A DNA stretch of 57,811 nucleotides from a virus (lineage: Duplodnaviria; Caudoviricetes), in the IMG/VR virus record IMGVR_UViG_3300044641_001974, positions 1 to 57,811 of that record, one strand, 5' to 3'. Under the pieces are notes generated by a model that was not told the origin of the DNA, made no database searches, and saw only the letters and a list, made by a program, of their open reading frames with translations. Shown piece after piece: positions 10,708 through 20,635 of this stretch. The position numbers and the translations under genes were made by a program. Within the stretch, counting starts at the first letter, position 1; each line of letters starts with the position of its first letter.

Positions 10708-12644
10708 TATCTGCGTCCATCGGGTCTGATATCTATTCTAGGGCTACCAAGCTGCCATTGCACGCCAAGTCCTGTAGAGTCAATCCTAAATGCCATTTGG
10801 CGGCCACGAATACGGGTATATACCTGACCGGTATACTCTTCCACAGGGAAAGAAGCCGTTCTGGTCACTGTGGGGCTGTTTGACGTGCCATAGGGAGTTC
10901 CAGAATTAACTCTAGGTTTAACTGTCAAGGTGACTTGTGGGTTGGCTGCCGTAGACCCAGCAAAAGTCAAGTCAGGCAAAATACGCCATACAAAACCAAA
11001 GTTATGCCCGTCACCAATGTCAAAGTCAGAGGTTTGTATGTAAGCCGCAATTGGCTGTGGAGTGGCACCTGCTTCGTCGTCCACAGAGGCTTCATGGTAC
11101 AAAAGGCGACCATTGTAGTCCGCAGCAAAGGGGTACTCACGTAATCCAGAGTGTAGCCATGCAGTACGTCCCATAGTGCCGTAATACCAGCTACCCTCAA
11201 TAATATTGTAGATTACATAGCTGTCAATTACGTCTGACCCAGTAGATGGGTAGAACCACCAGATTTCATTAAACTCTTCGTTGTAGCCTGTATGGCACTG
11301 CCATGCTTGAGCTTTGTTTAAGCGACCAAAAACAAACGACCTTAGTGAGCAAGGCAAGGTTTGCACTCGGCCATCGTAGAAATAAAACTTATCGCTACCC
11401 ATCCAATATGTAATGTTGTTTGCTGTAATTACAGTATTTGGTCCAAGTAAAGTAACGTTGTCTTGGATAATGTTAAAGCCCCAGACAAAAGGTGGTCCAA
11501 GGTATTGCATGGAATAGATTGCTGAATCCGTCCAAACTAAGATTTCTTGGCGGGTGTTTCTAGCAGCTAGGATAAACGAACCATTACTTAATCTAAATTC
11601 TCCCGCTTGGTTGGTTGCTGCTGGAACCCATTGATAAGGGTTTTCTTGGTCTGACCAACGCACCAGCATTGGGTCAAAGGTCGTGTTTGCATTACCTGGG
11701 TCATAGCTGTTTGAGCCAAAACAAATAACAAACCGCTGAATAGCTGAAGCTACAATCTGGTTAGTCTGGGTAGGAACAAACTGACCCAAATAACCCTCAG
11801 TTGTAGATTTACTAGAAAGGCTCACCGCACGAGTGGTTGTTCCGGTAGTAGCGTCCCAATAGTAAGGAACGCTTCCCCGAGGAGCGATGAGCAGGTCTTC
11901 GCCGTAGTTGTCGTTTGTCCAAAGGCGTAGCTGCTCACCCGCTGTTAACTGGGCGCCGGAGCCCCAAGTTAAACGGCTCCAGAAACTTGCTCCCCAGCCG
12001 TTGCCACCCACATACTTGTCTAAGCCTACGTTGATCTGGTAGCTTGCAACTACGGCATTCCCGCCTCCCCCGGTGTCTCCAGCGCTTGCTAATACAGGGG
12101 CTCCTGGAGTTGCAACAGACGATACGGCTCGTGCTTGGATGCTATATTGATTGCTATCAATAAAAGTAATTTGGTACTCTTGGTTTAGGATGGCTGCAGT
12201 AATATTGCCACCAAGGCTTGTTGCTCCACTAAACGTAACAAAGTCATTATTTATAGCCCCGTGGCCAACGTCCGTTACTACAATCGTAGCAGACCCGGCT
12301 GTTGCAGCAAAAGGGTTTCCTGTAGCAGGGGGCTGAGGTCCCAACATGGGACTAACTGTTTTACGGATTGGGGTAATGTCGTTGTAGCCACCACCCTTTT
12401 CAATGTAATATTTTAGGCTTGTACCAACTCCAACTAGGTTATCGCCGTTAAGCGTGACCCAATTCCACAGCGCTCTACAAGTTCCAAGAAAATTGTTTGG
12501 AGATACTTGAATCCAGCCACCAATTTTTTGGGGCATATTTGCACGAAAACGAATCTTGTCGCACTCAAAATAACCACCCTCACCCGTGTAGTTAGTGACT
12601 TCCTTGTTAATTCCAGGGCGAAACTGTAACTTAGATAGTGGCAT
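10707..12644 (-). CDS. Tail nozzle / packaged-DNA stabilization protein (P22 gp10 / tail tubular B-like), 645 aa
   Basis: Size, beta-propeller-like W/G-rich sequence (VRWSDQEN, EIWWFYP), C-terminal RIDIRPDGRR, and position. Confidence 0.65.
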   Translation of the reverse strand: MPLSKLQFRPGINKEVTNYTGEGGYFECDKIRFRANMPQKIGGWIQVSPNNFLGTCRALWNWVTLNGDNLVGVGTSLKYYIEKGGGYNDITPIRKTVSPMLGPQPPATGNPFAATAGSATIVVTDVGHGAINNDFVTFSGATSLGGNITAAILNQEYQITFIDSNQYSIQARAVSSVATPGAPVLASAGDTGGGGNAVVASYQINVGLDKYVGGNGWGASFWSRLTWGSGAQLTAGEQLRLWTNDNYGEDLLIAPRGSVPYYWDATTGTTTRAVSLSSKSTTEGYLGQFVPTQTNQIVASAIQRFVICFGSNSYDPGNANTTFDPMLVRWSDQENPYQWVPAATNQAGEFRLSNGSFILAARNTRQEILVWTDSAIYSMQYLGPPFVWGFNIIQDNVTLLGPNTVITANNITYWMGSDKFYFYDGRVQTLPCSLRSFVFGRLNKAQAWQCHTGYNEEFNEIWWFYPSTGSDVIDSYVIYNIIEGSWYYGTMGRTAWLHSGLREYPFAADYNGRLLYHEASVDDEAGATPQPIAAYIQTSDFDIGDGHNFGFVWRILPDLTFAGSTAANPQVTLTVKPRVNSGTPYGTSNSPTVTRTASFPVEEYTGQVYTRIRGRQMAFRIDSTGLGVQWQLGSPRIDIRPDGRR

Positions 12645-13161
12645 TTGCCATCCTTAAGGCTTCATCTCTTACTTCGTTTACACGGCGTTCCCAGCCTTTG
12701 CCAAACGTTTCAAAGGTCTTAAGTGATTTTAAAAAGTCTAAGCGTTTTTCACAATACTCTTTAACCAAGGTGTTGGACACGTCCCCTTGGAATTGATTTA
12801 CGGCAGCCATAGTAAGGCTGCCAAAACCACCGTCAGGATTAACCCCAATACAACTCTGTAAAAACTTAATAGCACGCCCTGCCCCTGAGTTAACAGCGCA
12901 GTCAAAAACAGCATAGTCAAGACCAGATACAAGCTCATCAGCTCGGCAAGCATCCCAGTATTTCTTTCTATATAACGGTGCTACGGCTTCTGGAGTAAGC
13001 TCTCGCATTGTTTTTTCAGTAACTTCATGCCCTACCCACGCCTCGTAAACCGCCTTGGTAACTCCAAGGTTAGTCATGCCACCTGGGTCTTGGGGGTGAT
13101 TTACAAAGCCTCCCTCGTGTTTTAAAAGGTTTTTTAGGCAACTCTCAAAATTATTTTGCAT
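12631..13161 (-). CDS. Endolysin, glycoside hydrolase family 108 with C-terminal peptidoglycan-binding domain
   Basis: HEGGFVNHPQDPGGMTNLGVT catalytic motif, FDCAVNSG, FGKGWERR. Confidence 0.9.
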   Translation of the reverse strand: MQNNFESCLKNLLKHEGGFVNHPQDPGGMTNLGVTKAVYEAWVGHEVTEKTMRELTPEAVAPLYRKKYWDACRADELVSGLDYAVFDCAVNSGAGRAIKFLQSCIGVNPDGGFGSLTMAAVNQFQGDVSNTLVKEYCEKRLDFLKSLKTFETFGKGWERRVNEVRDEALRMANATI

Positions 13162-13558
13162 CTTTTTTAGCTTTCATGTCCATAATCTTTTCCAAGGTCC
13201 TGCCGCCAAAATAAAACGACATAATCAACATGCCCCATTGTCCAAGTAATTCTACATACTTCTCGTTGGCGTTGGAGCCAAAAGCAGACATCATGGCAAA
13301 AATAAAGTAGGCACCCAGAATAAAGATTAGGGTCATAGGACGGATGTTTTTGGATAGCCAAGAGTCGCTGCCCATATCCGCTTCTTGGCGCTTGGTCAGT
13401 TCTTGGGCTTCAATGTTATCGGCATTAAGTTCAGCTAGGCGCCCTTCTTGTTGCATCTTTAGGAGTTCTTGCTGGGCCTTGGCCTTGGCTTCTGGATCAG
13501 GGATAAACTTATCTAGAATTTTCATCCCAACGTCTACAATTGCGGTCAATGGAAACAT
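13151..13558 (-). CDS. Holin (3TM / GTA-holin-like)
   Basis: DSWLSKNIRP motif, hydrophobic helices, FYFGGRTLEK; adjacent to the endolysin. Confidence 0.75.
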   Translation of the reverse strand: MFPLTAIVDVGMKILDKFIPDPEAKAKAQQELLKMQQEGRLAELNADNIEAQELTKRQEADMGSDSWLSKNIRPMTLIFILGAYFIFAMMSAFGSNANEKYVELLGQWGMLIMSFYFGGRTLEKIMDMKAKKDAK

Positions 13559-14007
13559 TATTTACTCCCCCATACGATATACCATGAAATCCAAGCAGCT
13601 ACTAAAAAACACCAAAACTGCACCCAACGGACTTTAGCCAGCTCAGCGTCAAAGTATTCTTTGTCGGCCTTTTCTAGCTTCTCAATTTGGGTTTTAATAT
13701 CTAACAATTTTTGCCACTCTTTAGTTCCGTACAGCTTGATAAAATCAATTCGTAACTTGTATTCCTCATCCGAAATCTTTTTCTGGTGCTTATACTCCTC
13801 AAGCGCTTTAAAGATCGCTCGCTCTTTTTTTAGCTCCGCTTCTCGCCGCTCACGGATTCTTGCATTTGCCCGTTCTTTTGCTACATCTACTGCTTCCTTT
13901 TGAACATCCTCGATGTTCTTGGCGATCTCTTTCCCGGCTTCCCGCCCAGTTTTAAACCCTTCGCTGATGCCTTTGGCACCAGCCGCCAATCCGAGTTCGT
14001 CTGCCAT
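13558..14007 (-). CDS. Coiled-coil protein with C-terminal transmembrane helix (lysis-module associated, unknown function)
   Basis: Charged coiled coil ending in WVQFWCFLVAAWISWYIVW; coupled to the holin gene. Confidence 0.45.
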   Translation of the reverse strand: MADELGLAAGAKGISEGFKTGREAGKEIAKNIEDVQKEAVDVAKERANARIRERREAELKKERAIFKALEEYKHQKKISDEEYKLRIDFIKLYGTKEWQKLLDIKTQIEKLEKADKEYFDAELAKVRWVQFWCFLVAAWISWYIVWGSK

Positions 14008-14024
14008 AGCTCACTTGATTGCAC

Positions 14025-14291
14025 CTATTTCGGATACTTAGCTTTGACCGCCAAGCAGTCAGCAATGTATTTATCAATCTGAACTTGGTCACCCTTTACT
14101 ACACCATCAATGTAATCGGTGATGGGTGGGTATTCTTTAGCCCTTGCAAACTTGTAAGCGTCAGGGTCTTGCCAAGCATCGACAAAAGCCATGTCAATCT
14201 CAACCTTGTTGCCTTGTGCATCAAAAGCACCAGCCGTATCATCAACAGTAACAACAGTTGGATATAGTTTATATATAGCTTTATGGTTCAT
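14025..14291 (-). CDS. Small tail-fibre partner/chaperone, 88 aa
   Basis: YKFARAKEYPPI...VKAKYPK motif common in small proteins following phage fibre genes. Confidence 0.55.
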   Translation of the reverse strand: MNHKAIYKLYPTVVTVDDTAGAFDAQGNKVEIDMAFVDAWQDPDAYKFARAKEYPPITDYIDGVVKGDQVQIDKYIADCLAVKAKYPK

Positions 14292-14827
14292 GCTGCAATC
14301 TCCATGACTGTGATAGATGATGTACCGCCAATAATGAATGCGGCATTATCTGTTTGGAAAGGTGCGTTAATTGAAAGTTGTATAGAACCAAATTCTGAAG
14401 AGGCCTGCACTTTGTACGTAATTGAACTGGTTGTGTTTGGACTATCTAAATATGTGTTAGATGCGCACATTATTTTATAATTGTCACTGGGTGGCCCTAC
14501 ACCAAAAGTAGCGGCAGTTTGATTGCCTGATGGATATGTACCAACGACTACATTTGTTGAATTTCTTAGTACAAAAAAAGCCCCGTATAAATTTGCATCT
14601 CCACCATAGTTAATATTTGTCACAATCAGAATTTTGCTAGATGTACTTGTCGGTGTAATTGTTACAGATAAACCTGTAATATCAACTGCTGACGATGAAG
14701 TTGTCGTAAATTTATCTGTTTTAACTGTTTGAACCACTTGCAACACAGAACCAGTAGGTAATGCGGCTTTAGGAATAGACTGACCGCTTGCCAGTATCAT
14801 CCCGCCTTGTACTTGTGTCAAAGCCAT
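14288..14827 (-). CDS. Tail fibre/receptor-binding domain protein, 179 aa
   Basis: GSVLQVVQ...ITPTSTSSKIL...YLDSP...ITYKVQ...SSITVMEIA motifs. Confidence 0.6.
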   Translation of the reverse strand: MALTQVQGGMILASGQSIPKAALPTGSVLQVVQTVKTDKFTTTSSSAVDITGLSVTITPTSTSSKILIVTNINYGGDANLYGAFFVLRNSTNVVVGTYPSGNQTAATFGVGPPSDNYKIMCASNTYLDSPNTTSSITYKVQASSEFGSIQLSINAPFQTDNAAFIIGGTSSITVMEIAA

Positions 14828-15042
14828 TATGGAAGCTCCTTAATAAAATCGTCTGCCTGTTCTTGTGTCATCACATTTCCATCGACATCTTGCAGTTCTG
14901 CACCAGCTAAGACTTCTTTTTTGAAGTTAGCATAGTCTGTGTTGTCGGGGTCGAATGGAATAAAGGCGTTGTCTAAAATACGAATAACAACATTTAATGT
15001 TTCTTTTGTTAAAAAATTAATTGTTTGTTTATACATAATCAT
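14827..15042 (-). CDS. Tail fibre chaperone-like small protein, 71 aa
   Basis: IPFDPDNTDYANF motif; paralog of 17956..18153. Confidence 0.6.
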   Translation of the reverse strand: MIMYKQTINFLTKETLNVVIRILDNAFIPFDPDNTDYANFKKEVLAGAELQDVDGNVMTQEQADDFIKELP

Positions 15043-16109
15043 AGCTCGATAGAAGCGGTTATACCGCTGGTTGTTGTAGTGGTTGCATAATATGTTCCTG
15101 CACTTCCGCCATTAATAACTTGCAATGAATAACTTGATGCACTTGTTCCAAACAAAACAACCGTTCCACTTCCCCCCAAATTAACATTTGTCCATGTGCC
15201 ACTTATAGTTATTGTAGGAGATGCTCTTTTTGTTACTGCAAATGGAAGACTTTGGTATCCAGTAAGATTGCCTGCACCAATTCCATAATTAACTCCATCT
15301 ACTGTAATTGCTCCAGTAGCAAAACCTTGAATTTCATAATATCGTTGGCAAAGTTGCAGTTCTGTAGTGTAAGGTCTGTAATCAAAGCTAGTAGCTGTAG
15401 AGCCTACCTCTAGCTGAACTCCAGTAATGTAGAAAGTTGCTCCGTTTGTACCGACTACGGATGTTGCTCCTGTGGCTGAAAGCAAACTTGAACCAGCCCA
15501 TGCACCAGCAGTTCCGCTTAATGTAGAGCCTGTTCCTAAACTAAAAACTACCCTAATTCCAATGCCATTAGTTGTTAGCCAAGTTCCGCTTGTATCTCCA
15601 GCAATCGTTACTGTTTTATATTCCCAAGTATTTGCAGAAGAAATGGTGTAACTAAACGGATAAGAACGGTTAAATGCACTATTACGCAAAGCACCGCCAA
15701 ATGTTCCAGTTAATGAACTGCGAACCCAAAATGATAAAGTTACCGTCTTAGCGTTAGCGGTCCCCCACCCTAAATCTGCTGTATTAAAACCTTCTATATA
15801 TTGCTGTATTACAAAAGTTTCGCTTGAACCAACTGAGTAAGCAGATAAAGAAGTCGCACCTAAGTAGTCTGTAAATCCTACTGGTGGTGTTACTGCACCA
15901 GCATCTTGTTGAACACTAAACTTAGAAGCGGCAGAACCATAAGCCGCCCATCTATCTAATGTATAGGTGTTATTTACTGTGTCAGTAATCGTAACACTAG
16001 CACCAGCATTACGCTGATCGATCGTCATCCCGCCATTAATTATTCTATTGCGAAATCCTTGAGATACCCCTGTTGAGGCTTGTTGGGCTAAAGAGACTGC
16101 GTTTGTCAT
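15039..16109 (-). CDS. Tail fibre protein with carbohydrate-binding-like domain, 356 aa
   Basis: FRNRIINGGMTIDQRN...TLSFWV...GVQLEVG...ELQLCQRYY; paralog of 18155..19537. Confidence 0.7.
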   Translation of the reverse strand: MTNAVSLAQQASTGVSQGFRNRIINGGMTIDQRNAGASVTITDTVNNTYTLDRWAAYGSAASKFSVQQDAGAVTPPVGFTDYLGATSLSAYSVGSSETFVIQQYIEGFNTADLGWGTANAKTVTLSFWVRSSLTGTFGGALRNSAFNRSYPFSYTISSANTWEYKTVTIAGDTSGTWLTTNGIGIRVVFSLGTGSTLSGTAGAWAGSSLLSATGATSVVGTNGATFYITGVQLEVGSTATSFDYRPYTTELQLCQRYYEIQGFATGAITVDGVNYGIGAGNLTGYQSLPFAVTKRASPTITISGTWTNVNLGGSGTVVLFGTSASSYSLQVINGGSAGTYYATTTTTSGITASIEL

Positions 16110-16279
16110 ACTGTTGCTCCTAACTGTTCATCTGTTGGGCGGGGGAGTGTGGGATGTTCCCACTTGGCGATGTAGTCGCCTTTGCCGTTTGAATCGTTTT
16201 GTAGTGTAATAACGCCAGAAGCAAAATCAAAGTTTGCGAGTTCTGGGTATAGGGAAATTATTTTTTCGTATAAAGTCAT
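16106..16279 (-). CDS. Small XkdW-like fibre partner, 57 aa (not in ORF track)
   Basis: Read by hand: MTLYEKIISLYPEL...LQNDSNGKGDYIAKWEHPTLPRPTDEQL; start and stop overlap both neighbours. Confidence 0.65.
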   Translation of the reverse strand: MTLYEKIISLYPELANFDFASGVITLQNDSNGKGDYIAKWEHPTLPRPTDEQLGATV

Positions 16280-17280
16280 TATGCTGCCCTCACTAATGCA
16301 CCAGACATATAAGTGTTATACCCAACACCAGTGCTTGTTCCATAGTCTACAGATAGGCTTGACCCAGCCAAATAAACATAAAGTTCAATATAGTCAGTAG
16401 ACCCGTTGCAATATACCAAACATGAACCATAAGTTCTATATGAACTAGATGCCGTGTAATCTCCAAATCCAGCATACCCAGAACCATTCTTAAAAATGGA
16501 TACTATAGTTCTTGTAGGAGTATTACCAGCTAAGTTTGAAATTCCGCCACTTATTTGATAATATCCTGCAACAGTTGGTGTAAATGTGGATGATGCAAAG
16601 TTATTGTTTGTGTCGTATTCTTCAGAATTAAGCGTTACTTTTGTAAAAGTACTATTAGTAATTGATTGAGGCACACCGCTCTTATACGCAAAAAACGCTG
16701 GACCATTACCAGCCACGCCAGAAGCCAACTTAGCCTGAGTCACTGCGCCATCTAAAATATAACTACTCGTCACCGCACCAGCTGTTGCGGGAATAGCGTT
16801 AAGCACTGAGCTTACATAGAACGAAACAGTCTCTATTAGGTCACCAGCAGATGCGCCAGCAGCCAGCGTTACAGTCGTGCCGTTAGTCGCAGTAAAGTCG
16901 GCAGAGCCTAGTAACGCACCGTTACGGTAGACATCAATATACCCAACCGTGTAGCTTGGTACGGAGAAGGTTGTCTGACCAGCAGTTGCTGTGAACTCGG
17001 TCTGGGTTCTGTAGGCGGTATTAACTACGCCACTAGCGGGAATGCCTAGAAAGCGTACTGAGATATTGCCTGTGCCAGCAGGAGGGGCGGCAGAGAAGTT
17101 TAAGGCGGTGCCCGAAATACTATAGGTGCTTGGGTCTTGCAAAACGCCTGAGACCGCTACCAGGATAGAGTTAGTGTTGGCCGGGGCAGCCGATAGTGTG
17201 AATGCGGTAGTAGACCCCGTACCGTTGAATGTATCGGTTACGAAGGCTGTTGTAGTTGGTTGTGCGCCTATGTAGGACAT
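16279..17280 (-). CDS. Tail fibre protein with N-terminal anchor repeats and C1q/TNF-like head, 333 aa
   Basis: MSYIG start, TAFTL/GVLQ anchor repeat, GPAFFAY...FTPTVAGYYQ...DYIELY head domain. Confidence 0.65.
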   Translation of the reverse strand: MSYIGAQPTTTAFVTDTFNGTGSTTAFTLSAAPANTNSILVAVSGVLQDPSTYSISGTALNFSAAPPAGTGNISVRFLGIPASGVVNTAYRTQTEFTATAGQTTFSVPSYTVGYIDVYRNGALLGSADFTATNGTTVTLAAGASAGDLIETVSFYVSSVLNAIPATAGAVTSSYILDGAVTQAKLASGVAGNGPAFFAYKSGVPQSITNSTFTKVTLNSEEYDTNNNFASSTFTPTVAGYYQISGGISNLAGNTPTRTIVSIFKNGSGYAGFGDYTASSSYRTYGSCLVYCNGSTDYIELYVYLAGSSLSVDYGTSTGVGYNTYMSGALVRAA

Positions 17281-17450
17281 TATTTTAATTCCTCATCTGT
17301 TGGGCGAGGCAGGGTTGGATGGTTCCAAGACTTTATGTAATCGCCTTTGCCGTCTGAATCGTTTTGTAAAAATATAGTAGCTCTTGGGCTTGAAAAATCA
17401 GCTTCTGTTAGCGTTGGATACAAAGCAATAATTTTGTCGTATAAAGTCAT
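17280..17450 (-). CDS. Small XkdW-like fibre partner, 56 aa (not in ORF track)
   Basis: Read by hand: MTLYDKIIALYPTL...LQNDSDGKGDYIKSWNHPTLPRPTDEELK; paralog of 16106..16279. Confidence 0.65.
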   Translation of the reverse strand: MTLYDKIIALYPTLTEADFSSPRATIFLQNDSDGKGDYIKSWNHPTLPRPTDEELK

Positions 17451-17956
17451 CATGCCGCCCTTAATAATGAACCTTGAAAAAATGAATATTGAGAATTAGC
17501 CGCAAATACTGGTCCAGTAGCTGAACCAGATATTAATCCAAACATTTCCATATAATCTGTTGTGCCGTTCATATAGTAAATAGCAGTAGCGGAAGCAATA
17601 ATATCGGTGCCTGACTCAAAAAAGATTGGTCCAGTGGTTGCTATTGAACCATTTTGATAAAAAGTAACACGACCAGCAACCATAGCTGTGCTTGATGCAC
17701 AATACAAAACACCATTAAACAAATAATAACCAGCAACAGTTGGCGTAAATCTTGAATTAGCCGTGCTGTAATTGCTGTTTAAATTAAATGCAGTAGTAGC
17801 CAAAGTAACTTTTGTAAAAACACCATTTGATACTGATTGACTGCCAGCCGTACTGTAAGCATAAAAAGCTGGTGCGCCTGTAGTCGCAGTACCACCATTT
17901 GCTAAAGGAAGAGTCCCGCTTACCGCAGAAGTTAAAGGTATTTGACTAACAGCCAT
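17450..17956 (-). CDS. C1q/TNF-like fibre head protein, 168 aa
   Basis: PAFYAY...RFTPTVAGYYLF...DYMEMF; paralogous to the C-terminal half of 16279..17280. Confidence 0.6.
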   Translation of the reverse strand: MAVSQIPLTSAVSGTLPLANGGTATTGAPAFYAYSTAGSQSVSNGVFTKVTLATTAFNLNSNYSTANSRFTPTVAGYYLFNGVLYCASSTAMVAGRVTFYQNGSIATTGPIFFESGTDIIASATAIYYMNGTTDYMEMFGLISGSATGPVFAANSQYSFFQGSLLRAA

Positions 17957-18153
17957 TATGGTAACTCCTTAATAAAGTCTTTTGCCTGTTCTGCGGTCAT
18001 GGTGTTGCCGTCTGCGTCTTGTAACTGTGCCTTGTCTTCGAGGATGGCGGTCTTGAAGTTAGCATAGTCGGTGTTGGCTGGGTCAAATGGGATAAACGTG
18101 TTGTCAGTTGTGCGGACAATCATGTCTTTAAGACTGTTAATTAATTTGTACAT
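17956..18153 (-). CDS. Tail fibre chaperone-like small protein, 65 aa
   Basis: IPFDPANTDYANF motif. Confidence 0.6.
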   Translation of the reverse strand: MYKLINSLKDMIVRTTDNTFIPFDPANTDYANFKTAILEDKAQLQDADGNTMTAEQAKDFIKELP

Positions 18154-18154
18154 A

Positions 18155-19537
18155 TTACAACTCCGCAGATAAATTCATTGTTGAACTTGAGCCACTACCC
18201 AATCCAATTGCTCCAAAATTTCTACTAGACCCCCATGATGAAGCACCTGTCCATTGAAGCTCAAACCAATAACAATTGTTTGTGCTACGAGCACTTACAC
18301 TAAAAGCATTAGGTGTTTGGGTAGAAGCTAGTGTGCCGTCATATCGGTAAAAAGAAATAGTGGCTGTTCCTATTGTGGTTGTTATTGATGGAGTTGCCCT
18401 CATTGCAATTGTTACAGGAAGTGCTTGTATTAAAATAGTTGTTGAAGAATAAACTATTGCTGGGTAGCACTCATTTGTATCCCTTGGAAGCGTTATTGGG
18501 AAAAAATACCTCTGACACAAAGCCAATTCAGCACCGTATGAACCACCCGCTGTTGTGAAGGTCGTTGCCTGTGTGCCTACTTCGAGTTGTACGCCTGTAA
18601 GTTGCCATGTAGCGTTTAATGTTTCAAGTATTTGAACACAACCAGATGCTGCATATTTACCACTTACTGTTTGCCATACATTATTTGTGCCTGTGTATGT
18701 TGAAGTTGCAGCCATTTGCCAACGAACATTAATACCTCTGCCAGTCGTTGTAAGCCACGTTCCGCTAGTATCTCCAGTAATTGTCACTGTTTTATATTCC
18801 CAAGTGTTGGCAGCGGAAATAGTGTAGGTAAAAGGGTATAGTCTAGTGCTATCTCCATTATTTAAAGCACCGCCAAAAGTACCCGTTAATGAAGATTTTG
18901 TCCAAAACGACAACGTAACAGTTTTAGCGTTTGCGGAACCCCATGCTAAATCTGAAATATTTGTTCCTTCAATAGTTTGAGTAATTAAAGAAAAGTCATA
19001 AGCACCTGTTGCGTTTGTTGTTGTAAACCTTATTGAATTAACAAAACCAGATGGAGCATCAGAAATTTGCTGTAAAGAAAAAGTAGGATTACCTGAATGG
19101 GCAATAGCAAAACGGTCTACGGGATAAGAGCCTGATGTTGTTACAGCAGAACCAGCGTTTCTTTGGTCAATTTGCATTGCGCCATTGATAATTCTGTTCT
19201 TGAACGAAATACCCAAATCACCCTGAACATTGCTATCTAACGTACTCCAGCTAACCGTATTCTGACTTGGTGTAATTGCCTGAGTCGTGGTGCTGAGATA
19301 ACGCACATAGACGTTCTGTGTGCCAGAGCTTGGTGCAGAAGTAAAGGTAATGGTCGTACCGCTGATGGTGTACGCATCGTTAGGGACTTGCACTACGTTG
19401 TTGACTACCGCCTGAATGTCGTTAACAGAGGCTACCGTGCGGGATAAGGTAAACGCAGTCTGAGCGCCTGTGCCATTGAAGTAGTCAGTACCAGAGATGA
19501 AACTCTGGGTGGTTGGTGTATTTCCGAGGTATGGCAT
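18155..19537 (-). CDS. Tail fibre protein, 460 aa
   Basis: MPYLGN anchor repeat plus FKNRIINGAMQIDQRN...GVQLEVG...ELALCQRYF domain. Confidence 0.7.
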   Translation of the reverse strand: MPYLGNTPTTQSFISGTDYFNGTGAQTAFTLSRTVASVNDIQAVVNNVVQVPNDAYTISGTTITFTSAPSSGTQNVYVRYLSTTTQAITPSQNTVSWSTLDSNVQGDLGISFKNRIINGAMQIDQRNAGSAVTTSGSYPVDRFAIAHSGNPTFSLQQISDAPSGFVNSIRFTTTNATGAYDFSLITQTIEGTNISDLAWGSANAKTVTLSFWTKSSLTGTFGGALNNGDSTRLYPFTYTISAANTWEYKTVTITGDTSGTWLTTTGRGINVRWQMAATSTYTGTNNVWQTVSGKYAASGCVQILETLNATWQLTGVQLEVGTQATTFTTAGGSYGAELALCQRYFFPITLPRDTNECYPAIVYSSTTILIQALPVTIAMRATPSITTTIGTATISFYRYDGTLASTQTPNAFSVSARSTNNCYWFELQWTGASSWGSSRNFGAIGLGSGSSSTMNLSAEL

Positions 19538-19546
19538 AGTTTCCTC

Positions 19547-19873
19547 TTAGGTGATATTCAACACGCTGGTTACTACGTCCGCTGATGAAGCAGCCGAAGA
19601 AACAACCTTCAGAGCATCACTGGTAATCAATACGACCTTTTGGTCGCCTCCCACGATGACAAGCGAACTGCCTACTGGCACGGTTGCCGTCTCAATCAAG
19701 TAATAATCAACACCTGAACGGGTAATATAAGCATTTACTGTGATTGGGCTAGACGTTGTGTTAGCCACGGACATACCGATAACGGTAGTTTGCGTTGAAG
19801 CGCCAACCGTCACAACTGTGGCAGCAGACGTTCCAACGTCTTTGTTGACATACGAGGTAAATGTATTTGGCAT
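19547..19873 (-). CDS. Virion structural protein, 108 aa
   Basis: T/V/S-rich beta-type sequence within the tail operon. Confidence 0.5.
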   Translation of the reverse strand: MPNTFTSYVNKDVGTSAATVVTVGASTQTTVIGMSVANTTSSPITVNAYITRSGVDYYLIETATVPVGSSLVIVGGDQKVVLITSDALKVVSSAASSADVVTSVLNIT

Positions 19874-19882
19874 GGTTTTTCC

Positions 19883-20626
19883 TTATCCTAATGCGATTGC
19901 TAGTGCTACAGCCGTTCCCGCTTGGTCTGCACCAACCGTACTGTAATCAATTGTTCTTGCAACACTTCCATTAAATGTTACAGGAGCTGCTGCGCCACCG
20001 GTAGTGGTGATTGTTAATGAGTTTGTTGTAGTACCTGCTGGAGCTCCCCAAGCTAGGGTTCCTCCGCTTACAACCAAGGCTTGGCCACTTGAGCCAATCC
20101 CTAACTTGCTAAGGGCCGTTGTGCCCGTGGCATACAACAAGTCTCCTGCGGTGTAGCTTGACTGCCCTGTACCGCCTGAAGCAGCAGGCAACGCTGTAGT
20201 CAGGGTAAGTGAGCTAAGGTGAGTAGTAGCGTCAACAACGTTTGTGCCGTTGTTGTATACAAACATGGATTTACCAGCAGGGACGGCAATACCTGTACCT
20301 GTGGTGTTTTTGACTGTTACTGCGTCTGCTAATCCGTTATTAATGAGATACAGTTTTTCGATCTGGCATCCAGAACCAAGGATTAAGTTCCTTGCCCCGC
20401 CAGAAGTTCCTGTTAAATTTAAACGTAAATTACGAGCTGTTTGGGCGGCGTTAGTATCTGTTAGGGTAACTGTGACGTCAGCGCTAGAAAAGGCTACATC
20501 CGCCGAACCCGTAATAGCCTCTTCAATGGCCGTACCAAGGTTGGTATTGGTAGTATTACCCCATGTTCCCGACTGCTCGCCAGTAGCAATAAGCTCTATT
20601 TTTAGCGGTGAAAAGGTGGATGGCAT
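19883..20626 (-). CDS. Tail fibre proximal/adaptor structural protein, 247 aa
   Basis: LKIELIATGEQSGTWGNTTNTN start, GGTGQSSYTAGDLLYA repeat, AVALAIALG end. Confidence 0.55.
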   Translation of the reverse strand: MPSTFSPLKIELIATGEQSGTWGNTTNTNLGTAIEEAITGSADVAFSSADVTVTLTDTNAAQTARNLRLNLTGTSGGARNLILGSGCQIEKLYLINNGLADAVTVKNTTGTGIAVPAGKSMFVYNNGTNVVDATTHLSSLTLTTALPAASGGTGQSSYTAGDLLYATGTTALSKLGIGSSGQALVVSGGTLAWGAPAGTTTNSLTITTTGGAAAPVTFNGSVARTIDYSTVGADQAGTAVALAIALG

Positions 20627-20635
20627 AGTTAGTCC

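Noticed and set aside
14025-19537. Diversity-generating retroelement acting on the fibres
   Set aside because: No reverse transcriptase; differences between paralogs are not adenine-specific and both copies are coding.
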